Below, one piece after another: positions 40,283 to 48,117 of a DNA stretch of 64,000 bases. Under the pieces are notes generated by a model. That model was not told where the DNA came from, searched no databases, and saw only the letters and a program-made list of their open reading frames with translations. Made by a program: the position numbers and the translations under genes. The stretch's first letter is position 1; the number at the start of each line of letters is the position of its first letter. The DNA is taken from positions 2,320-66,319 of the forward strand of contig JBAYHJ010000005.1 of NCBI GenBank assembly GCA_041666225.1, read 5' to 3'. Origin of the DNA: Minisyncoccota bacterium. Its GTDB lineage: Bacteria; Patescibacteriota; Minisyncoccia; Phycocordibacterales; UBA9973.

Positions 40283-40793
40283 ATATGGAGATCTTATTTT
40301 TTATGTCTTTATTATCGAGATAATCAAACAACTCTCCTCCTAGACTTTTGTATAGAGATGAAGCAAATTTTTTATTTGGAAATAGTATTTTTTTAAGTTT
40401 GTTTTCTTCTATTAAAAAATCAACTAATAATTTATAATCACCATCTCCCGAAACTAAAACTATTTTATTAAAATCATTTTTTCTATATATTTTTTTCATT
40501 ATCTCAAAAACAATATCAGTATCAACATTACCTTTCTTTTTGCCGAGCATCGCTGGGTTGTGCTGTTTAAAGACTAAAATAAACCCGGCTTTTTGAATTT
40601 CTGAATATATTTCTTGATTTACTTCCTGTACATAACCTAGAAAATAATAAGCTTCTTTTACTCTATATTTTTTCTCTAAATAAACCTTGAATTTAAATAA
40701 ATTTACTTTCCATGAATTATCACTTAAGGTTGTTCCTAAATGTAAATTTTGACCATCTATAAAAGCTATATTATTTGTTTCAATATTTTCCAC
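40281..40793 (-). CDS. NYN/LabA-like PIN-domain protein
   Basis: FIDGQN, KGNVDTD, VSGDGDY. Confidence 0.92.
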   Translation of the reverse strand: MENIETNNIAFIDGQNLHLGTTLSDNSWKVNLFKFKVYLEKKYRVKEAYYFLGYVQEVNQEIYSEIQKAGFILVFKQHNPAMLGKKKGNVDTDIVFEIMKKIYRKNDFNKIVLVSGDGDYKLLVDFLIEENKLKKILFPNKKFASSLYKSLGGELFDYLDNKDIKNKISI

Positions 40794-40932
40794 ATTTTTA
40801 TTATATCACATCATTTTAATTATTTATTATTTCCATCCGAACATCATCCCAAGTTTGGGACAAAATTAAGTGCTGTGAAAATAGGGTTATTTCTACTTGC
40901 AAATTTGGCTTTTTGGTGTTATTATTTCACCC

Positions 40933-41598
40933 ATGAATACATTAACCGCAATAAAGCGAAGTAAGGCAGATAAGCTTGCATCCGTACGAAGTAACGGTAT
41001 GGTACCAGCTGTTGTCTATGGCGCTCGTGTGGAAAACACTATGATTTCCGTGCCGAGTGTAGACTTCGTAAAAATATTAAAAATCGCAGGTGAATCAAGT
41101 ACAATAATTCTTGAATTAAAAGGCGATGAGACAAAAAAAGAAGCTGTTCAAAAGATAGATGTTCTTATTCACGATATGCAAGTCGACCCAATAAAAGGAT
41201 TTCCAATTCACGTTGACTTCCTTGCTATTGATATGAATAAGCCAGTTGAAGTAACTATTCCAGTAGAATTTATTGGAGTTGCTCCTGCTGAGAAAAATAG
41301 TCTTGGAGTATTAGTAAAAGTTATGCACGAAATTGAAATTGAAGCTCTTCCAAAAGATCTTCCTCATAATGTAACAATAGATGTATCTATACTTGAAGTT
41401 TTAGATGCTCAAATTCACATTAAAGATATCAAACTACCAAAAGGAGTAAAAATGATAACAGATGGAGAAGAAGTTATTGCTCTTATTTCTGCTATTAAAG
41501 AAGAAGTTGTTGAAACCGCTCCTGTAGATCTTTCTGCTATTGAAGTAGAAAAGAAAGGAAAGAAAGATGAAGTAGTGGATGAAGAAAAAGCTGCTTAA
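40933..41598 (+). CDS. rplY: 50S ribosomal protein bL25/Ctc
   Basis: VPAVVYG, IHVDF, TL5 C-domain. Confidence 0.95.
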   Translation: MNTLTAIKRSKADKLASVRSNGMVPAVVYGARVENTMISVPSVDFVKILKIAGESSTIILELKGDETKKEAVQKIDVLIHDMQVDPIKGFPIHVDFLAIDMNKPVEVTIPVEFIGVAPAEKNSLGVLVKVMHEIEIEALPKDLPHNVTIDVSILEVLDAQIHIKDIKLPKGVKMITDGEEVIALISAIKEEVVETAPVDLSAIEVEKKGKKDEVVDEEKAA

Positions 41599-41616
41599 TA
41601 TTAAAATATATTAAAT

Positions 41617-41652
41617 AAAAGCCCCATTCTGATTTATCAGAATGGGGCTTTT
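41617..41652 (+). terminator. Intrinsic terminator
   Basis: aaaagccccattctga-ttta-tcagaatggggctttt. Confidence 0.85.
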
Positions 41653-41669
41653 ATGATACAATAGAGTTT

Positions 41670-43046
41670 ATGAGTTTTCATTTTAAAAAAGGTTTTTCGA
41701 TTGTAATTATTGCCATCTTTATACTTGGAGCTATATCCTATCATATACCAGTGATCAGGGCCGATGTTGTATTGGATAATGCTCAAGCAGATAAGGCTAG
41801 ACTTGAAGCAGAATTATCTAAATTAGAACAAGAAATAGCTGCAAAGCAAAAAGAATTAGAGGGTCAAAAAGGTAAATCTGTTTCGATTTCTCGAGATATT
41901 TCTATCCTCACTGCTCAAATTCAAAAATCTAAACTAGATATTAAGGCAAAAAATTTAGTAATTCAAAAATTAGGAGGTGAGATTAATGCAAAAAGTAAAA
42001 AAATTGAAGCATTATCTACTAAAATAGATAGAGAAAAGGAATCATTAGCTCAATTAATAAGAAAAGAAAGACAAATAGATGATAAGTCTATTCTTTCCTT
42101 GATTTTATCTCAAGACAACATTTCAGATGCTTATGGAGATATTGATACTTTTGCCTCTATCAAGCAAGGTATTCAAGATTCAGTTAATGAAATTCGTGGA
42201 GTTAGAGTTCTTACACAATCAGAGAGAAAAAATCTTGAAGAAAAAAGGAATCAGGAAACAGATACTAAATATGAACTTGAAAGTGCTAAGGCAAAAGTAG
42301 AACTTAGTGAAGCAGAAAAAAAGACACTTTTAAGTATTAGTAAAAACAAAGAATCAGAATACCAAAAAGTTCTGACCGAAAAAGCAAAAAGGCGTACTGA
42401 AATACTTGCTGCAATATTCAATCTTGTGGGGGGCTCAACAAAAATCAATTTTGAAACTGCACTTATCTATGCAAAAGAAGCTCAAAAACTATTTGGTATT
42501 GATCCAGCATTTTTGCTTGCAATATTAACTCAAGAGACAAATCTTGGTTCTAATGTTGGTCAATGTTATCTTACTGATATAAAGACTGGGGCAGGAGTTG
42601 GTATGAATACTGGTAAAGCATTTCCAAATGTGATGAAGCCAATGGGACTGGCAGGAAGAAAAGGTGATATCGATGATTTCTTTGCAATAACAACAGCACT
42701 AGGAAGAGATCCATTTAAAACCAGGGTATCTTGTCCTATTGCTGGAGTAGGAGGTTATGGTGGAGCTATGGGGCCCGCCCAATTCATTCCTTCTACTTGG
42801 GGTGGATATAAGAGTAGATTAAAATCTCTATTGGGGCACGATGCAGACCCATGGAATCCAAAAGATGCATTTATGGCTTCAGCAATGCTTCTTACAGACA
42901 AGGGAGCTATTGGTAATAATGCAAGTGTACAACACATAGCAGCGTGTAAATATTACGGAACAGGAGGCTCTACTTGTTCTTATAGTAACAGTGTGATGAA
43001 ATTAAAGATTGGAATTCAAAATAATATAGATCTATTGCAAGATTAA
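41670..43046 (+). CDS. Secreted coiled-coil lytic transglycosylase
   Basis: Signal peptide, coiled coil, AILTQET, GAMGPAQFIPSTW. Confidence 0.88.
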   Translation: MSFHFKKGFSIVIIAIFILGAISYHIPVIRADVVLDNAQADKARLEAELSKLEQEIAAKQKELEGQKGKSVSISRDISILTAQIQKSKLDIKAKNLVIQKLGGEINAKSKKIEALSTKIDREKESLAQLIRKERQIDDKSILSLILSQDNISDAYGDIDTFASIKQGIQDSVNEIRGVRVLTQSERKNLEEKRNQETDTKYELESAKAKVELSEAEKKTLLSISKNKESEYQKVLTEKAKRRTEILAAIFNLVGGSTKINFETALIYAKEAQKLFGIDPAFLLAILTQETNLGSNVGQCYLTDIKTGAGVGMNTGKAFPNVMKPMGLAGRKGDIDDFFAITTALGRDPFKTRVSCPIAGVGGYGGAMGPAQFIPSTWGGYKSRLKSLLGHDADPWNPKDAFMASAMLLTDKGAIGNNASVQHIAACKYYGTGGSTCSYSNSVMKLKIGIQNNIDLLQD

Positions 43047-43073
43047 TAAATTCATGATAATATCACAAAACAT

Positions 43074-43292
43074 ATGAAAAAAGATATACACCCAAAATAT
43101 AATAATAAATCAGAAGTAACTTGCGCATGTGGAGCAACTTTCCCAGTTGGTTCAACAATGGATAAAATTAATGTTGAAATATGCAGTCAATGTCATCCTT
43201 TCTATACCGGAAATGAAAAAGTTCTAGATACAGCCGGACGTGTTGATCGCTTCAAAAAGCGTGCCGCAGCAGGTGCAAAAGCAAAGAAATAA
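43074..43292 (+). CDS. rpmE: 50S ribosomal protein bL31 (Zn-binding type)
   Basis: [27 protein letters not shown]. Confidence 0.97.
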   Translation: MKKDIHPKYNNKSEVTCACGATFPVGSTMDKINVEICSQCHPFYTGNEKVLDTAGRVDRFKKRAAAGAKAKK

Positions 43293-43299
43293 CTTTCAC

Positions 43300-43420
43300 A
43301 AAACCTCCTCCTTTTAAGGGGGGAGGTTTTTTGGATTAATTCCTCCCCTCCTTACCAAGGAGGGGAATGAGGGGAGGTCAATTAATTAAGAGACCCCCTC
43401 CCCTTGTTAAGGGGAGGGGG
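43300..43420. repeat. Cluster of three REP-like palindromes (CCCTCCTT...AAGGAGGG type)
   Basis: Related hairpins at 43300-43330, 43345-43365 and 43394-43420. Confidence 0.75.
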
Positions 43421-43448
43421 AATACAAACCTTGTGCTATAATATTTTT

Positions 43449-44417
43449 ATGCAACTAGACTTAGAACAATTAAAAAAAGACCACAAAACTAGTTACTTTG
43501 CTATGGAGTACGAGCGTCTTTTGAGTGAAGAGAAAAAAGTTAATGATATGCTAACTGAAGACGAAAGTTTACGAGATCTAGCAGAAGAAGAAATTCAAAA
43601 TATAAAATTTCAAAAAGAAGCCATCGAAAGACAATTAGAAGAAATGTCAAAAAGAGAAGAGGAAGAAGAGGAATTTCCAAATGAAATTATTCTTGAAGTT
43701 CGTGCTGGTGCAGGAGGCGATGAAGCATCTCTCTTTGCATGGGAACTCGCACATATGTATGAAAGATTTGCAGAAAAAAATAAATGGAACTGGAAAATAC
43801 TAAATGAATCTCTAAGTAGTGCTGGTGGTTACAAAGAAGCTTCAATCGAAATAAAAGGGAAAGATGTTTACAAACTTCTCAGATATGAGACAGGTGTTCA
43901 TCGGGTTCAACGTATTCCTGCTACAGAAAAAAATGGCAGAATTCATACTTCGACAGCTTCTGTCGCAGTACTTCCTTTAAAAAAGAAAACTACAATTATT
44001 ATAAATCCTGCAGATTTAGAAATAGAATACTCACGTTCAGGTGGAGCTGGTGGCCAAAATGTGAATAAAGTCGAAACAGCTGTTCGTCTTATTCATAAAC
44101 CAACAGGTGAGGATGTTCGCTGTACCACAGAAAGAACTCAACTTGGTAATAGAGAAAAAGCCATGATGATGCTCACTTCAAAACTTCAAATGATTAAAGA
44201 TGAAGAAGATGCAAAGAAATATTCAGGCGATAGAAAGGCGCAAATCGGCACAAACGACCGAAGTGAAAAAATCCGTACCTATAATTTTCCCCAAGATAGA
44301 ATCACTGATCATCGTATTAAACAGTCTTGGTCAAATATCCCAATCATAATGGAAGGGAACATAAATAAAATCATTGAAGCACTTTCTTCTGGAGTAATGG
44401 GGGAAGAGGAAGAATAA
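43449..44417 (+). CDS. prfA: Peptide chain release factor 1
   Basis: [18 protein letters not shown] (PxT), GGQ, RTYN; start 6 nt after TGCTATAAT. Confidence 0.96.
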   Translation: MQLDLEQLKKDHKTSYFAMEYERLLSEEKKVNDMLTEDESLRDLAEEEIQNIKFQKEAIERQLEEMSKREEEEEEFPNEIILEVRAGAGGDEASLFAWELAHMYERFAEKNKWNWKILNESLSSAGGYKEASIEIKGKDVYKLLRYETGVHRVQRIPATEKNGRIHTSTASVAVLPLKKKTTIIINPADLEIEYSRSGGAGGQNVNKVETAVRLIHKPTGEDVRCTTERTQLGNREKAMMMLTSKLQMIKDEEDAKKYSGDRKAQIGTNDRSEKIRTYNFPQDRITDHRIKQSWSNIPIIMEGNINKIIEALSSGVMGEEEE

Positions 44418-44418
44418 C

Positions 44419-44441
44419 ATCGTGAGGCAAGACCTCACGAT
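44419..44441. repeat. REP-like palindrome
   Basis: atcgtgagg-caaga-cctcacgat, only a short T run after it. Confidence 0.55.
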
Positions 44442-44468
44442 TTAACGTTGAATCTACCCCAGCAAATA

Positions 44469-44497
44469 TTGACAAATATGTTGTAATATGCTATACT
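44469..44497 (+). promoter_or_regulatory. Unit 3 sigma70 promoter, separated from its gene by IS30 B
   Basis: TTGACA-17-TATACT with TG extension. Confidence 0.8.
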
Positions 44498-44515
44498 ATA
44501 TAGAGTAGTATAGTT

Positions 44516-45578
44516 CCTACAGGACGGGCTCAATCCGAACACTCACATTTCTCCATTAAGGAGTTTTTTTTGTTTTAAATACTCTTGTAGTACTTCATAT
44601 GGGGTCTTGTAATTCAAGCATTTCATAGATCTTCTATTAAGTTTCTCTTCTAAGGAATGAATTTGTTCATCGGAATATTTAGAAAGGTCTTTACCCTTAG
44701 GAATATCTCGACGAATGTATTTATTCGCATTCTCAACCGTTCCTTTCTCCCATGAATGATATGGATGACAGAAATACAAAGGAACATTTAAAAGATTAGA
44801 AAGTTCTTTATGTTTTCTAAATAATATATCATTATCAAGAGTTATACTTTTCATATATGGATATTGTTTCTGTATCCCCATTAATGCATCATGAACATTT
44901 AAAATATTTACAACTTTAATTAATGCCAAAAATGCCATTCGACTCCTCCTATCAACCACTACAAGTAGAATTCCACTACCTCCTTTCCCTGAAACAACAA
45001 AGTCTGCTTCCATATCACCAAATCTAATTCTATCATTGATATATTTAGGTCTTTCATCAATGAAAACTCGATCAAGTAGTGTTGGATGAATTACAATTCT
45101 CTTCCGTCTTCTTTGTTTCTTCTTCTGTCTATATACCTCAATTTTTCTTCCATATATACTATTAATATATCGATAGATACTATCTTTAGAAACTGATATA
45201 TCAAATGACTCTTGAGTGTTAATTCTTCCAGCAATTACTTCTGGTGATTGATCATCATACAATTTGTTATCTACAAAGGATTGTATCTCTTTATTCGATA
45301 CTATCTTCATTCCTTGATACTTACTATCCTTTCTTCTAACATATGCCTTATGATTTGCTTTCCTAGCATCATATATTCCTTCAATTGAATTTCTCTTTAA
45401 TTCATCACTGATACTTGAAACACTTCGTCCGAGTGTTTTCGAGATGTCTCTTAAAGAATATCCTTTTTCTTTTAACAGGAATATTTCATCCCTTTCACTT
45501 TTAGAAAGATGCGAGAACTTTTTGTTTTTTTCATTTGTTTATTATATCAAAGTGTTCGGATTCAGATGAGAAGTTAGG
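44516..45578 (-). mobile_element. IS30-family insertion sequence B (1063 bp)
   Basis: 28-bp imperfect inverted repeats CCTA-N9-CTsAATCCGAACACT; GTT duplication at 44513-44515 and 45579-45581. Confidence 0.9.
44543..45534 (-). pseudogene. IS30 transposase with start ATG out of frame at an A7 run
   Basis: GDMEAD, TLDND, WEKGTVEN; HTH region open in frame upstream of 45310 but ATG at 45534 is in another frame. Confidence 0.8.
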
Positions 45579-45688
45579 GTTCTTTAATATTTTGATTTGA
45601 TTGTTTAATTTTATTAGGTTTTCTTAGTTTCTTTATGGAAATTGAGAAAACCTAATAAATAATTTATAAACAATTAATACTTAGAAAA

Positions 45689-46192
45689 ATGGAAAAGTTA
45701 GAAAATGTAATAACAGAAAAAGCCCTAACAGAACAAGAAGTCATTAATTTGATAAAAGAATTTTCTGAAAAATCATCTGCAGTAATTAACTATGATAAAT
45801 CATTACTTCAAACGATTCATGGAAAAAGACTCCGGATAAACGACGTGGATATTAATGACGAAAATTTTCCAAGTGAGCAATCATTAAAAGGAGAAGTTGT
45901 AATCCTAACTAAACTATTCGCCCGAAAAGATGCGGGGGAAAGTTGTTCTCAAATGATAGAGAGAATGAAAGAAGACGGGTATCATCCCGCAAGTATTATT
46001 GAACTTATTTCATTAAATATATCTGAATACCATAGGCAATTTCATATATATGCGTATGGGTCTGTATTTAAAAACAGGAGACAATATTATGTCTACCCGT
46101 TTATACAGTTAAATGAAGTAGGATTAACGAACCTCTCAACATATTTAAGCGAAAATGATCGTTTGCTGGGAGTTTGCAGGATAATAAAATAA
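45689..46192 (+). CDS. Hypothetical protein (unit 3 cargo)
   Basis: 167-aa ORF after long hairpin at about 45610-45659, followed by terminator. Confidence 0.7.
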   Translation: MEKLENVITEKALTEQEVINLIKEFSEKSSAVINYDKSLLQTIHGKRLRINDVDINDENFPSEQSLKGEVVILTKLFARKDAGESCSQMIERMKEDGYHPASIIELISLNISEYHRQFHIYAYGSVFKNRRQYYVYPFIQLNEVGLTNLSTYLSENDRLLGVCRIIK

Positions 46193-46211
46193 ATACCACT
46201 AATTAATAAAC

Positions 46212-46242
46212 AATGGGAGACTCATAAAAGTCTCCCATTTTT
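46212..46242 (+). terminator. Intrinsic terminator of unit 3
   Basis: aatgggagac/gtctcccatt plus T tract. Confidence 0.85.
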
Positions 46243-46486
46243 ATTTATCTAAAATACTCATTCGAACTTCCATTCAAATTCAGAGGAAAATTTTTCTTGC
46301 ATTATATTTATATATCTGTTATAATTTCGCCAGTAGTTAGCTTATGTTTTGGTATTAATTTCATCCTTCGTTGTGTTAAACATTGAGGTATGTAAATGAA
46401 ATCGAGCTTTGCGATTACATTTATAAATTAGTTTTCTTCAATTAGTGGATATGAAAGTATCGCTAAAAGAAGCACAATTGTCATAT

Positions 46487-46765
46487 ATGGCAAAAAAGTT
46501 ATATGTTGGTGGTCTTCCTTATAAGACTACAAACGATGAGCTCAAAGCTCATTTCAGTGCTGCAGGAGCGGTTGCTTCAGCAACAATTATCATGGATAAG
46601 ATGACAGGTCGTTCTAAAGGTTTCGGTTTCGTAGAAATGGAAAACGATGCTGATGCAACAACTGCTATCTCAATGTTTGATGGTAAAGATTACGATGGTC
46701 GCAATCTTACTGTAAATGAAGCTCGTCCAATGGAAGAACGCCCACGTGGTAGTTTCCAAAGATAA
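46487..46765 (+). CDS. RRM RNA-binding protein
   Basis: LYVGGL (RNP2), KGFGFVEM (RNP1), VNEARP. Confidence 0.95.
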   Translation: MAKKLYVGGLPYKTTNDELKAHFSAAGAVASATIIMDKMTGRSKGFGFVEMENDADATTAISMFDGKDYDGRNLTVNEARPMEERPRGSFQR

Positions 46766-46778
46766 TCTATCTTAATTA

Positions 46779-46813
46779 AATTAAAAAACTCCCCAAAAGG
46801 GAGTTTTTTAATT
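46779..46813 (+). terminator. Intrinsic terminator
   Basis: aaaaaactccc-caaaa-gggagtttttt. Confidence 0.85.
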
Positions 46814-46868
46814 GCAATAACTCAATATTTTTGATATAGTCTATCTGTATTATTACGTATAACCATAT

Positions 46869-46940
46869 GCGTGTGTAGTTCAGTGGTAGAACGCTGTCCT
46901 GATAAGACAGAGGTCCTTGGTCCGATTCCAAATACCGTTG
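46869..46940 (+). tRNA. tRNA-Ile(GAT) with damaged 3' acceptor strand (probable att site)
   Basis: GCGTGTG, D arm GTTC/GAAC, CTGTC-CTGATAA-GACAG, T arm; 3' strand ATACCGTT instead of expected GCACACGC. Confidence 0.8.
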
Positions 46941-47063
46941 CGAACAAAGGCGTTTCTAAACATTAAAAGGGAGATAGGACACACTTCCGCAGAACAGTGT
47001 TCCGCGGCTCAGCTCAAAATTCGTTAAAAATTTAAAAAAACACTACATAAAATAGGAGTGTTT

Positions 47064-47957
47064 ATGGACATTAAAATGTTAGCAGAGAGGTTTTATAATC
47101 ACTCGTTACACATCCGTGGTTTCTCTAAGAATACGGTAAATAGATATAAAAGTATTATAGATCCGTATTGTGAATATTCTAATATATCAGAAATAGAACA
47201 GGTTTCAGAAAAAAACATAAGACAGATGTTTTTTTATGGTCGCACAGAGAGGAAGTGGTGCTCAGGAACTTTTATTTGCAACTACAAGGCACTTAAGGTG
47301 TTTTTTGACTGGTGTATCAAGGAAGGACATATCAAAAATAATCCTATGAAGTGTTTGGAGTTGCCCAAGCTAGAGAAACGATTACCACTAAAGTTAACAA
47401 AACAAGAGTCATCAAAATTATTGGAAGTAGTTTTTAATTATCCTTATGATTATGAATATTTAAGATATAGGAATTACGCAATTTTCTCACTTTTTTTATT
47501 TGCTGGACTTAGAAGGGCTGAGTTATTAAAATTGAAATTAACGAATATCGATATTGAGAATCAGACTATCTATATATCTCTAGGAAAGGGCAACAAGGAC
47601 AGGATTATTCCAATGAACTTTACTCTTACTGAAACCTTAAAAAGATATTTAGTGGAACGCAAAAGATTAAACAAAACATGCCCAGAGTTCTTTTGTTCTC
47701 TAAATCGTAACATGGGATATACAAATAATGGACTCAGGCGATTAGTAAAACAAATAAGAGAAGCATCTGGAATTAACTTCGCATGTCATAAACTTCGTCA
47801 TACTTTTGCTACGCTCCTTTTAGAAAATGGGTCAGATATTTATAGTATTTCTCGACTAATGGGCCATAGTGATATAAAGACGACTACAATCTATTTATAT
47901 GCCTCTGTAGAGCATTTAAGGGCACAGATGAGTAAACATCCACTAAACACAATATGA
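47064..47957 (+). CDS. Tyrosine recombinase/integrase
   Basis: AGLRRAE, GKGNKDR, HKLRHTFAT, MGHSDIKTTTIY; AGGAG upstream. Confidence 0.95.
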   Translation: MDIKMLAERFYNHSLHIRGFSKNTVNRYKSIIDPYCEYSNISEIEQVSEKNIRQMFFYGRTERKWCSGTFICNYKALKVFFDWCIKEGHIKNNPMKCLELPKLEKRLPLKLTKQESSKLLEVVFNYPYDYEYLRYRNYAIFSLFLFAGLRRAELLKLKLTNIDIENQTIYISLGKGNKDRIIPMNFTLTETLKRYLVERKRLNKTCPEFFCSLNRNMGYTNNGLRRLVKQIREASGINFACHKLRHTFATLLLENGSDIYSISRLMGHSDIKTTTIYLYASVEHLRAQMSKHPLNTI

Positions 47958-48117
47958 ATACGAAAATACCCCCTTTTACGTTAAGGAGGTATTCGTTCGA
48001 AGAAAACACAGGGGGGATAAGAGGGTAAATTTCTATTCATATGTCAGAATTTTTATATTTATATATAAAATATTTAATTATTGTATATAGTAGTTTAAAA
48101 TTACCTTCTTATCCATC

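Noticed and set aside
46932-47063. Intron or split-tRNA explanation for the missing 3' end of tRNA-Ile
   Set aside because: No matching CACACGC 3' segment or intron core seen nearby; the break point and adjacent integrase fit an att junction
47064-47957. Integrase as an integron IntI serving the attC-like sites
   Set aside because: About 297 aa with no visible IntI-specific insertion between patch II and III; tRNA-adjacent position fits an island integrase
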